From the NCBI GenBank assembly GCA_022574205.1, contig JACZSL010000002.1, positions 11,965 to 75,964 on the forward strand: 64,000 nucleotides of DNA. The letters run 5' to 3'. Shown in pieces: positions 37,192-46,378 of the stretch (the stretch's first letter is position 1; each line of letters starts with the position of its first letter). Below the pieces are notes generated by a model that was given only the letters and a program-made list of their open reading frames with translations, had not been told where the DNA came from and did no database searches. The position numbers and the translations under genes were made by a program. Source of the DNA: Patescibacteria group bacterium (GTDB taxonomy: Bacteria; Patescibacteriota; Minisyncoccia; Phycocordibacterales; JACZSL01).

Positions 37192-39557
37192 ATGCTCTTA
37201 AGTTCTCCCCAATTCCCACCATATTTCACTTCAACGACAAGTGGTACGCCTTTTGCTTGTTTTTGCGATAAGATATTTTCCATAATTTTTTTGAGCTCTA
37301 GCGCCACTTTTTTAACAAGTGATGTTTTAATCTCAAAAACGAGTTCATCATGTACTTGTAGGAGAAGACGGACGTTTTCTTCTAGTTTGTTTTTTACAAT
37401 ATAATCCGCAACTTTTTTCATTGCAATCTTAATGACGTCTGCCGACGTTCCTTGAATAGGTGCGTTTATTGCCATGCGTTCTGCATGTGCACGAATGTGT
37501 GGTAAACGTGAACGAATGTCTTCAAAATAGCGCCGTCTGCCAAAAAGAGTCTCGGTATACCCAAGTTTTGCGGCACTTGCCTTTATGTTGTCAAGATATG
37601 ACGCAAGTCCTTCATATTGTCTAAAGTATTCGTTGTAAAATTCCTGCGCCTCTTTTCTGTCTGTCTGCAAATTAGCACGTAGCGCGTTTACACCCATACC
37701 ATAAAGAATCCCGAAGTTAATTATTTTAGCTTTACGTCTCATTTCAGCATCAACACGATCCCCTGCCACATTAAACACTGCTTTTGCAACCGCCTGGTGG
37801 ACATCACCCCCACTCTTAAATATGCCCATGAGTTTTTTGTCGCGAGAAAGGATTGAGGCAATACGTAGTTCGATTTGTGAGTAATCAAGCGACACAAGTT
37901 CATACCCGCCCTTTGCGACAAATGCTTTTCTTATGTTTCGTCCGAGCTCGCTTTTAATGGGTATATTTTGGAGATTTGGGTTCCTCGACGACATACGCCC
38001 CGTAGTTGTTCCAGCTTGTAATAACGTAGTGTGTATTCGACTTCGTTTGTCGACCAACTTTGGAAGGTTGTCGATATATGTTGATAGAAGTTTCTGAAGC
38101 TCTCGGTAAGCGAGAATCTCTTTTATGATTGGATGCTCTTCTTTCATCTTCTCAAGTTCTGATTCTCTGGTAGATTTCTGGCCTGTGCTTGTTTTTTTAT
38201 GATTTTTGATGGACAGGTCCATTTTTTCGAACAAAATGTTGCCGAGCTGGCGTGGTGAGTTAATGTTGAACTTTTCTCCTGCGTATTTATAAATTCGCCC
38301 TTCTATTTTCGATACTTTGCTGTGGTATTCTTTGGAAAGTTTTTTTATGTATTTAAGGTCAAGTTTGATTCCTTTCTTTTCCATTTCCTCAATTATAGGA
38401 ATGAGAGGTAATTCTATTTTCTCATAGACAGAAAAAGTCTTGTTTTTTTTGAGCTCTTGGAAAATGTAAGATCGCGCCTCGAGAATATCCTTCTTCCTTG
38501 TAAACTGCAATATGTCGTCGTGTTCGGGAAGCGATATGTCTGAGCGTAAAACCCAAAGAGCAAGTGCAAGCTCTTTTTCCTCTTTTGGAGAAAGGGTTTT
38601 TTCATTTACAGATATAAGTGTGGCTTGTTTGTATCCAAAAAAATTCCGGGCGCGGTTGGAAAGCGTTCGAAAATTAAGGTCAGCAAATAAGTCGATGATT
38701 GTTTCAACGTTAACACTTTCGTGCCATTTTTGTGTAGGTAAAGAAAAATTAATCGGTACGTCGCGTCTAATCTCGCCAAGCATTTTTGAGAAGAGCGCTT
38801 CCTCTTCGTTGTCTTTCAGAAGCCTTATTATTCGTGGTTTGATACCAGCTTTCTCAAATGGTTTTTCGCTTTTCTTTAAAATTTTATACATAGACTCAAT
38901 GGTACCGAAATTTTGTATGAGGATAGTTGCTGTTTTCTCGCCGATTCCACGAATTCCAATTATATTGTCGGACGGATCGCCCCTTAAGCCTTTGAAGTCT
39001 GGTAAAAGCTCTGGCGGAAAGCCAAAGCGATCAATCACTGCTTCTTCATCGTATAAAATAGTGTCTGTTATCCCCTTTCGTAGTGTGTACACTTGTACTT
39101 TTTTCTTGTCAACAAGCTGTAATGTGTCCATGTCGCCAGAAGCTATGATGATTTCTATGTTTTTGTTATTCTTTTGTTTTTCTACAATTGTTCCTAATAC
39201 GTCGTCGGCCTCAAACCCTTCGTGCTCGTATATTGGAATGTTAAATACTTCAAATATGTCCCGGGATCTGTCTAGTTGACTGGATAATTCGTCGTCTGTT
39301 TCTCTTCGGCCAGCTTTATAGTCTTTGTATACTTCGTGGCGATACGTAGGCTTAGGAAGGTCATAGCAAGCAACAATATAATCCGGTTTTAAGTCACCCG
39401 CAATTTTAAAAAGCATTGCAGAAAGACCATACAGCGCACCCGTAGGCTCGCCGCTGGTCGATGAAAAGTCCGGAAGCGCGTGGTACGCGCGATGAATAAT
39501 AGCATGTGCGTCCAAGAGAATAAGTCGTGTTTTCTTTCTGTGTGTAGCTTTTGTCAT
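37188..39557 (-). CDS. polA: DNA polymerase I (5'-3' exonuclease + polymerase; 3'-5' exonuclease largely absent)
   Basis: EADD, GDPSDNI, TGRMSSRNPNLQNIP, DYSQIELR, QVHDEL; 789 aa. Confidence 0.97.
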   Translation of the reverse strand: MTKATHRKKTRLILLDAHAIIHRAYHALPDFSSTSGEPTGALYGLSAMLFKIAGDLKPDYIVACYDLPKPTYRHEVYKDYKAGRRETDDELSSQLDRSRDIFEVFNIPIYEHEGFEADDVLGTIVEKQKNNKNIEIIIASGDMDTLQLVDKKKVQVYTLRKGITDTILYDEEAVIDRFGFPPELLPDFKGLRGDPSDNIIGIRGIGEKTATILIQNFGTIESMYKILKKSEKPFEKAGIKPRIIRLLKDNEEEALFSKMLGEIRRDVPINFSLPTQKWHESVNVETIIDLFADLNFRTLSNRARNFFGYKQATLISVNEKTLSPKEEKELALALWVLRSDISLPEHDDILQFTRKKDILEARSYIFQELKKNKTFSVYEKIELPLIPIIEEMEKKGIKLDLKYIKKLSKEYHSKVSKIEGRIYKYAGEKFNINSPRQLGNILFEKMDLSIKNHKKTSTGQKSTRESELEKMKEEHPIIKEILAYRELQKLLSTYIDNLPKLVDKRSRIHTTLLQAGTTTGRMSSRNPNLQNIPIKSELGRNIRKAFVAKGGYELVSLDYSQIELRIASILSRDKKLMGIFKSGGDVHQAVAKAVFNVAGDRVDAEMRRKAKIINFGILYGMGVNALRANLQTDRKEAQEFYNEYFRQYEGLASYLDNIKASAAKLGYTETLFGRRRYFEDIRSRLPHIRAHAERMAINAPIQGTSADVIKIAMKKVADYIVKNKLEENVRLLLQVHDELVFEIKTSLVKKVALELKKIMENILSQKQAKGVPLVVEVKYGGNWGELKSM

Positions 39558-39558
39558 T

Positions 39559-40017
39559 TTATAAAAGGTTCAGCGTAATGTCTCTTGTTGTTTCGTCTAT
39601 GGTTTCAAACATAACTGTGTTGATGCTTGCGGGGAGGGCGCTTGAAATAAATTCGGGCCATTCAATAAAAATGATGTTTTTGGGATCACCTAAAACTCGT
39701 TCCCATCCAAGCGTTAAAAGATCGTCTCCGCTTGTCAGGCGGTATGCGTCTATGTGGTACAAATTTGAAAAACGTTTGTTTTTTAGTGGGTAGCTTTTTT
39801 GAATTACAAATGTTGGGCTTGTGACGATTTCTTCAACACCAAATGCGCGTGCAACACTTTTCATAAACGTTGTTTTCCCTGAGCCGAGTTCTCCATATAG
39901 ACCGACAACTGTTGCTTGTTCTTGATCCTTGCTCTTTTCGAGCGAAGCCACAAAATCGTGTGCTACTTTTTCTGTGTCTTTAGAGCTTCTTGAGTGGATT
40001 TTCTTCATCTCGGTCAT
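39559..40017 (-). CDS. tsaE: t6A biosynthesis ATPase TsaE
   Basis: GELGSGKTT, VTSPTF, HIDAYRL, IEWPE. Confidence 0.97.
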   Translation of the reverse strand: MTEMKKIHSRSSKDTEKVAHDFVASLEKSKDQEQATVVGLYGELGSGKTTFMKSVARAFGVEEIVTSPTFVIQKSYPLKNKRFSNLYHIDAYRLTSGDDLLTLGWERVLGDPKNIIFIEWPEFISSALPASINTVMFETIDETTRDITLNLL

Positions 40018-40109
40018 TGTACCATTTCATAATTAAAAAAAGAGAGAGGGTAGAAACGTGTGTGTGTTTCTCTCCTCTCTCGTTGTTCATCTGGGCGCCA
40101 AACGCACCG

Positions 40110-40541
40110 CTAGTGGCGTCGTATTACGGGGTCGTGATACATGATGTACGGCTGGATGTAGTACGGCTGGATGTTGTGGTAGCCGAATTGATAGCCGAGA
40201 TGTCTGCCGCCGTAGCCGAAAAAGCGTTCTGGGTTTAATGCCCTATTGACACTTTCTGCTGCTCCAGCAAGTCCTTTTATTGTTGCGATGGTGTTGTCAA
40301 AAGGTTGTGCCGGCCCAAGCCCTTGCCATATTGCGAAGCGAGGAAGTGTCTGTTGTTGCTGAACAACCATTACTGGTTGTTGTTGCGCGGCAACAACTGT
40401 TCTATCAACCTGCTGTTGTGGTGCGGTGGTGCTATTCTGGGTGGAATGCGTGTGTGATGTAACTGATGGATACGGTGTGCTTGTGGCGCATCCGCCCGCA
40501 AACACCACACTGATGAAAAGGACCAAAATTCGAATGTTCAT
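40110..40541 (-). CDS. Hypothetical lipoprotein, Gln/Tyr-rich
   Basis: AAGGAGG SD, lipobox FAGGC, own terminator at ~40041-40080. Confidence 0.7.
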   Translation of the reverse strand: MNIRILVLFISVVFAGGCATSTPYPSVTSHTHSTQNSTTAPQQQVDRTVVAAQQQPVMVVQQQQTLPRFAIWQGLGPAQPFDNTIATIKGLAGAAESVNRALNPERFFGYGGRHLGYQFGYHNIQPYYIQPYIMYHDPVIRRH

Positions 40542-40709
40542 GTCTACCTCCTTCGGTAGTGGTTATGTTCGTTTAACTTACTGTCTTAATCTACCCCTAT
40601 TGTATCATATTTGAGCTCTTTGTCAAGTGCGTGTGTATGCGTTGCTTGGGTTTTGGTTTGTCGCACTCGATTTGTAGGTGGTTTAATATCAGGCTATTAT
40701 TAAAGACAA

Positions 40710-42461
40710 ATGATTAAATTTGATGAAGAACGGCAAAATAAAAAGCTAGCCCAGCTCCGCCACAGGGAGGAGGAGGATCTTGCTCGCACTCTTTCTGTGA
40801 AATATGGGGTTAAGTATGTCGACCTCTCACGTGTTGCTATTAACACAAACGCACTGATCCACCTTTCAGAGGAAAAGTCCCGAGCCGCTGAGGTTGCTAT
40901 TTTCAATCAAGTAAGTAAAAAGTTGTCTATTGCTGTGCGATCGCCTAAAAAAATTGAGGTGGGTGCTATTGTACAGGGGCTAGAGAAGCGTGGGTACACC
41001 ACAGAACTCTATATGGTTTCTGTGGCAAGTCTCGAGCGAGCGTGGGTAATGTATAAAGAAATCTCGCATGCTGCTGAGGTTAAACGTGGTTCTGTAGATA
41101 TTTCAAGCGATGAACTGCAGTCAACGGTGGCAAAACTTAAAACATTCGAGGATGTGCGGGCGCTTATAAAAGAGGTGTTGAACATGGACAAAGCACATCG
41201 TGTGTCGCGCTTCGTTGAAACAATTCTGGCTGGTGCAATCGCTATTGATGCTTCGGATATACACATCGAACCGGAGGAAAAATATGTTCGTTTGCGTTAT
41301 CGCCTGAATGGCGTGCTCACTGATGTGGTTAATTTTGACATAGATATTTATAATTTAGTACTTTCCCGTATAAAACTCGTCTCTGGCTTAAAACTTAATG
41401 TTAGAGATTCAGCCCAAGATGGTAGGTTTAGTGTGGGCATTGATAATGTTGACACCGAGATTAGAACATCCATACTTCCTGATGCGTATGGAGAAAGTAT
41501 TGTCATGCGTATTTTGAATCCACAGTCAATTAAGATTTCTATTGATGATATTGGAATGAATCCTAAGCTCCTTGCGATTGTCAAAAGAGAGTTAAAAAAA
41601 CCAAACGGCATGATTCTTACAACAGGGCCAACAGGAAGTGGAAAGACAACAACTCTTTACACTTTCCTTTCAAAAATTCACACTTCTGAGATTAAAATAA
41701 TCACTATTGAGGACCCTGTTGAATATCATCTTCCTGGGATTGTGCAAAGTCAGGTAGACGGTAAGGATTATACGTTCGCCACAGGACTTCGAGCGGCACT
41801 TCGACAAGATCCGGACGTAATTATGGTTGGGGAGATTCGTGACGAAGAAGTTGCGAGAACTGCAATACACTCTGCGCTTACTGGTCACCTTGTTCTTTCA
41901 ACACTTCACACAAATACAGCTGCTGGTGCGTTTCCAAGGCTTATTGACTTAGGTGTGGTGCCAAACGTTATAGGTTCTGCGGTCAATATGGTGATGGCAC
42001 AACGACTTGTTCGCACGCTCTGTGAGCACTGTAAGAAAGAGGTGCCTCTACAGGGTGAACAAAAAAAACTTGTTGAGTACATCCTAGGTACTATTGAAAT
42101 TAAAGAGCAAATACCAGAAAAAATAGACACGGTATGGGAACCTGGGCAGTGTAGCAAGTGCAATCACTTGGGGTATGGAAAGCGTGTAAGTATTTATGAA
42201 GCTATTCTTATGGACAAAAAGATTGAGCAAGCGGTTGAAAGAAAAGCAAGTGAGCGCGAGATAGCAGAAATTGCTAGGAGTCAAGGTATTCTCACGCTTC
42301 GACAAGACGGTATTCTGAAAGTCATTCGTGGCATAACTTCCATAAGAGAGCTTGGACGTGTGGTATCTCTTAATGATAGTATTGACCAAGCTGAGCTTGA
42401 TAAGGTCTTTGAAGAGAGGGTAGCGGAAAATCCGATCCATAACCCTCTAAGCAACACTTGA
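40710..42461 (+). CDS. pilB: Type IV pilus extension ATPase (PilB/GspE family)
   Basis: ASDIHIEP, GPTGSGKTTT, LRQDPDVIMVGEIRD, TGHLVLSTLH, CxxC..CxxC. Confidence 0.93.
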   Translation: MIKFDEERQNKKLAQLRHREEEDLARTLSVKYGVKYVDLSRVAINTNALIHLSEEKSRAAEVAIFNQVSKKLSIAVRSPKKIEVGAIVQGLEKRGYTTELYMVSVASLERAWVMYKEISHAAEVKRGSVDISSDELQSTVAKLKTFEDVRALIKEVLNMDKAHRVSRFVETILAGAIAIDASDIHIEPEEKYVRLRYRLNGVLTDVVNFDIDIYNLVLSRIKLVSGLKLNVRDSAQDGRFSVGIDNVDTEIRTSILPDAYGESIVMRILNPQSIKISIDDIGMNPKLLAIVKRELKKPNGMILTTGPTGSGKTTTLYTFLSKIHTSEIKIITIEDPVEYHLPGIVQSQVDGKDYTFATGLRAALRQDPDVIMVGEIRDEEVARTAIHSALTGHLVLSTLHTNTAAGAFPRLIDLGVVPNVIGSAVNMVMAQRLVRTLCEHCKKEVPLQGEQKKLVEYILGTIEIKEQIPEKIDTVWEPGQCSKCNHLGYGKRVSIYEAILMDKKIEQAVERKASEREIAEIARSQGILTLRQDGILKVIRGITSIRELGRVVSLNDSIDQAELDKVFEERVAENPIHNPLSNT

Positions 42462-42571
42462 GTAAACAAATGCTTGGTGTTTCGTCTAAGGATGACCACA
42501 GATGAGAGCAAGCTCCGTCCACGGCGTCCTCGTCGGACAGCCAATTGCTTAGAGGGCTATGAACCGGATTT
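42428..42571. mobile_element. MITE-like element (144 bp) forming the pilB 3' end
   Basis: 27-bp TIRs with 3 mismatches: aaatccgatccataaccctctaagcaa / ttgcttagagggctatgaaccggattt. Confidence 0.7.
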
Positions 42572-42641
42572 GGTTCAGAGCCTTTCTTTATCAAAACAGC
42601 CTCGTTTGAGACTGCCTTCAATTTATCATAAAAATTTACTT

Positions 42642-43652
42642 ATGTCAAGTGGTACTTCAAAAAACAGGGATGCCTTGCTTTTGGACCAAACACTCCGCCC
42701 GATTGGTTGGGATGAGTATGTTGGTCAGCAAAAAATAAAAGAAAATTTAAAAATCCTTTTAACCGCAGCGTGTGAACGCTCACAGCCTCCAGAGCATCTT
42801 CTTTTTTATGGTCCGCCTGGACTGGGGAAAACAACATTAGCACATTTAATTGCACGAGAGCTTGGCGCACAAATGAAAATAACAAGTGGTCCTGCAATTG
42901 AGCGTGTTGGAGATCTCGCGTCAATTCTTACAAACTTAAGTAGTGGTGATATATTATTTATCGACGAGGTGCACCGACTCAATAAAACAATTGAAGAAGT
43001 ACTCTACCCCGCCATGGAAAGTGGTGTACTAGATATTATTATTGGAAAAGGGCCGTCTGCGCGAACTATTCAGTTGGAATTACCGCCATTTACATTAATT
43101 GCAGCCACAACTCGTATTGCACTTCTTTCTTCTCCGCTTCGTTCTAGGTTTTCAGGCGGCACGTTTAGATTAAACTTCTATTCAAATCAGGAGATTGAGA
43201 AAATAATAAAACGATCTGCTGGGATTCTTAACGTGTCTATACAGGATGATGCGTGTAAAGAAATAGCTAAAAGGAGCCGTTTTACGCCAAGAACAGCAAA
43301 CTACCTTCTAAAGCGTTCGAGAGACTTTGCTCAGGTAAATAAATCCGACCTTACACGCCGAATGGTTGATGGCGCGCTTTCGCTACTTGAGATTGATAAC
43401 TTGGGTTTGACTGCTTCTGATAAATATTTACTTTTAACTATTATTCATAAATTTAATGGTGGTCCTGTTGGATTAAACACGCTTTCGGCCGCAACAAGTG
43501 AAGAGATGGCAACAATTGAAGAAGTGTCAGAACCATATTTGATTCAGCTTGGACTTATTGAACGGACGCCGCGTGGGCGTGTTACGACAGAGCGTGCTTA
43601 TGAGCACTTTGGTGTAAAAACCCCGGTAAATAAACAAAGTGAACTTTTGTAA
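42642..43652 (+). CDS. ruvB: Holliday junction helicase RuvB
   Basis: LRP..W.EYVGQ, GPPGLGKTT, FIDEVHR, PLRSRF, RTPRGR; start trimmed to ATG 42642. Confidence 0.98.
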   Translation: MSSGTSKNRDALLLDQTLRPIGWDEYVGQQKIKENLKILLTAACERSQPPEHLLFYGPPGLGKTTLAHLIARELGAQMKITSGPAIERVGDLASILTNLSSGDILFIDEVHRLNKTIEEVLYPAMESGVLDIIIGKGPSARTIQLELPPFTLIAATTRIALLSSPLRSRFSGGTFRLNFYSNQEIEKIIKRSAGILNVSIQDDACKEIAKRSRFTPRTANYLLKRSRDFAQVNKSDLTRRMVDGALSLLEIDNLGLTASDKYLLLTIIHKFNGGPVGLNTLSAATSEEMATIEEVSEPYLIQLGLIERTPRGRVTTERAYEHFGVKTPVNKQSELL

Positions 43653-43656
43653 ATGA

Positions 43657-43877
43657 GATTCCGTATTCTATGAGCTCGCGAAATAGAATGCGGCAAAGCG
43701 AATTTACCCACCTAAATTTTTGAACAAACATTATGACAAGAGCAAACACATTAAGAAAACAAAACGCGTATGTTACACTAGTGCATTATTTTGGTGTGTA
43801 TTCAAAAACTTGGGCGAGTCTAAGATTCTGTAACGTAAATTTTCGCTTCGCTCAAACTTACTAACAAAATCTAAGAT
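43657..43877. repeat. Cluster of nested inverted repeats between ruvB and yebC
   Basis: ccgtattcta/tagaatgcgg; cctaaatttttgaa/ttcaaaaacttggg; tctaagattctgt/acaaaatctaaga. Confidence 0.6.
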
Positions 43878-44408
43878 ATGTCTGGGCATAATAAGTGGTC
43901 AAAAATTAAACATAAGAAAGCGGCGACTGATGCTGAAAAAAGTCGGGTTTTTTCAAAACATGCCCGCTTAATTATTATGGAAAGTCAAAAGGTTAATGGG
44001 GATGTGAATAGTCCACAACTAAAAACAGTTATAGAAAAAGCAAAAAAGGACAACATGCCACAGGATAATATAAAGCGTGCTGTGAGTAAGGGTGTTGGCA
44101 CTAATATTGAACAAATTGAGGAAGTAACATACGAAGTATATGGGCCAGGTGGTTCTGCGCTTATTATATCTGGTGTTACTGATAATAAAAACCGCACCGC
44201 TGCAGAAATAAAACACATTCTCTCTCAAAAGAATTTGTCTTTAGCCCAACCAGGTGCCGCTTTGTGGGCGTTTGAAAAAAAAGATGGGAAGTGGGAGGCA
44301 AAAACAAAAATACATTTAAACGATGAAGATGGGGATGTTCTGAAGGATGTGCTTGACCTACTCGAAGATCACGTTGATGTAAAAAGTGTGTACACTAATG
44401 TAGACTAG
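43878..44408 (+). CDS. yebC: YebC/PmpR family protein (short form)
   Basis: MSGHNKWSKIKHKK, YGPGG, TDNKNRT, DVKSVYTN. Confidence 0.95.
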   Translation: MSGHNKWSKIKHKKAATDAEKSRVFSKHARLIIMESQKVNGDVNSPQLKTVIEKAKKDNMPQDNIKRAVSKGVGTNIEQIEEVTYEVYGPGGSALIISGVTDNKNRTAAEIKHILSQKNLSLAQPGAALWAFEKKDGKWEAKTKIHLNDEDGDVLKDVLDLLEDHVDVKSVYTNVD

Positions 44409-44411
44409 TAT

Positions 44412-44936
44412 ATGACAAAGACACATAAAGACTTTGTGCGTGAACAAACAAAAGGTATTCGCGTTTGCTCAATTGATCCAGGGTATAGTCGACTTGGTGT
44501 TGCGGTACTGGAAAAAAATAAAGGTAGAGAGGTTTTGTTGTTCTCTGACTGCATCACAACGCCAAAATCAAAATTATTTGAAGAACGCCTTGTACTGATT
44601 GGAGATAAAATAAATAATATCTTAGACACTTATACACCAAATGCTATTGCGGTTGAAACCCTGTTTCTTACAAAAAATCAAAAGACGGTTATGTATGTTG
44701 CTGGTGTACGTGGTGTCATAGCCTATATTGCGGCTCAGCGTAAGATTCCATTGTATGAATATTCCCCTCCACAAATCAAAGTTGCTGTAACGGGTTATGG
44801 GAAGAGCGATAAGGAGCAAGTCACCAGTATGGTGAAGCGTCTAATTCCTATCTCAAAGAAGAAAGCGCTTGACGACGAATACGACGCTATTGCTGTCGGT
44901 CTTACATGTTTTGCTATTGAGAAAACACTTAAGTAA
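44412..44936 (+). CDS. ruvC: Crossover junction endodeoxyribonuclease RuvC
   Basis: IDPG, AVETLF, KVAVTGYGKSDK, DDEYDA. Confidence 0.97.
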   Translation: MTKTHKDFVREQTKGIRVCSIDPGYSRLGVAVLEKNKGREVLLFSDCITTPKSKLFEERLVLIGDKINNILDTYTPNAIAVETLFLTKNQKTVMYVAGVRGVIAYIAAQRKIPLYEYSPPQIKVAVTGYGKSDKEQVTSMVKRLIPISKKKALDDEYDAIAVGLTCFAIEKTLK

Positions 44937-45017
44937 GGTTCGCTTACCGGTATGGGTGGTTTTAATGGTTATATTATGGTCCGATAGGATTATTTACTCA
45001 CCTGTTCGGTTACTACT

Positions 45018-46238
45018 CTATGTTTTTACACGTATACGAACGAAGCGTTTCTTCCCAACCCTAAGATCGGTGTTGTTATCTACTTGGTGTTTTATGTCGC
45101 TAATTTTTTCTCTCGTACTGATAACAGTTATGGCTCCTGACTCGATCAATCTTCGGTAATCGTTTTTAGATCTAACCACACCAGCTTCAACAAGAGCGTT
45201 TATAAGCAATGTTCCTTTTTTAACTAAAATTTTTAGTCCTTCCTCTGGCATTGTTCCATCATGGAATGCTTCTTTAAAGCTCTTTTCTGCTTTGTTTGAT
45301 TTTTTGTTCCCGTGATACATCTCTACAATTTCTCGAGCTAGATTACTTTTTGCGTCTTTATGGTGAAGGCTTCCTTCAAGAAGTCCTTGACGTATTTTTT
45401 GTATTTCTTTAAGTGGTACGCGTGTACATAGTGTGAGATAAGAAATGATTAAGTCGTCTTTAATGCTCATAATCTTACCGTACATATTATCTGGAGCGTC
45501 GTTTATATTAACGTCGTTCCCCCAGCTGGAGCTCATTTTGCGCCCGTCTAGACCTTCGAGTATTGGTGTTGTTAGTATGTTTTGTGGTCTTTGGTTGTAA
45601 TGTTCTTGGAGTTTTCTTCCGGAGAGAAGATTAAACCATTGGTCTGTTCCTCCAATTTCTACGTCAGCCCTAACCACAACACTATCGTACCCCTGCATGA
45701 CTGGATACAAAGTTTCGCGTAGCGAAACGCGTGTTCCGCCTCTTAAGCGTTTTTTTATATTATCGCGCGCAATAAAATCAGCTACTGAAAATTGGTTTGT
45801 TTGTTCGCAAATTTCTTGGTATGTAAGTTTCCTCAGCCATTTTGAGTTTAGATATCGCTCTGTTTTTCTAAGATTTAGAATTTTTCCTGCTTGTTTAAAA
45901 TATGTTTTCCTGTTTTCCTCGATTTGTTTGTGTGTAAGTTGTGGTCTTTCACTTTCCTTGTCTGAAGTATCCCCAATAACTCCTGTGAAATCACCAACAA
46001 TAAAAATAATGGTATGACCAAGTTTTTGAAAATCACGAAGCTTTAGGAGTGGGACACTTCGTCCTAGATGAATATTAGGACTCGTTGGATCAATGCCAAA
46101 TTTAATTCGAAGCTTGCGACCGCTCTCTAACTCATTTTTCAAGTGTTCCTCGACAACAATTCTATCAACGCCACGCTCGAGAACTTCATTGAAGCCCTCG
46201 GTTGTTATATGATCGTTCTTTTTGTTTGTAAAAAACAT
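45018..46238 (-). CDS. tyrS: Tyrosine--tRNA ligase
   Basis: GIDPTSPNIHLG, YPVMQGYD, GGTDQ, KMSSS, S4-like C-terminus. Confidence 0.97.
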   Translation of the reverse strand: MFFTNKKNDHITTEGFNEVLERGVDRIVVEEHLKNELESGRKLRIKFGIDPTSPNIHLGRSVPLLKLRDFQKLGHTIIFIVGDFTGVIGDTSDKESERPQLTHKQIEENRKTYFKQAGKILNLRKTERYLNSKWLRKLTYQEICEQTNQFSVADFIARDNIKKRLRGGTRVSLRETLYPVMQGYDSVVVRADVEIGGTDQWFNLLSGRKLQEHYNQRPQNILTTPILEGLDGRKMSSSWGNDVNINDAPDNMYGKIMSIKDDLIISYLTLCTRVPLKEIQKIRQGLLEGSLHHKDAKSNLAREIVEMYHGNKKSNKAEKSFKEAFHDGTMPEEGLKILVKKGTLLINALVEAGVVRSKNDYRRLIESGAITVISTREKISDIKHQVDNNTDLRVGKKRFVRIRVKT

Positions 46239-46378
46239 GTACCAACTTTATCATAATTACCGCTCTTCTGAAATTCACTACTCGTCGTTTTTCTGTTGCG
46301 GAAAATGGTGTTTTATTCGTATAGCTTACTTACGCACCAGTGTTGTTGTCGTTGCTGTTTTAGGCTACCATTTACCAC

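Noticed and set aside
42474-42641. 56-aa N-terminal extension of RuvB
   Set aside because: It runs through a MITE-like element; RuvB homology starts after ATG 42642
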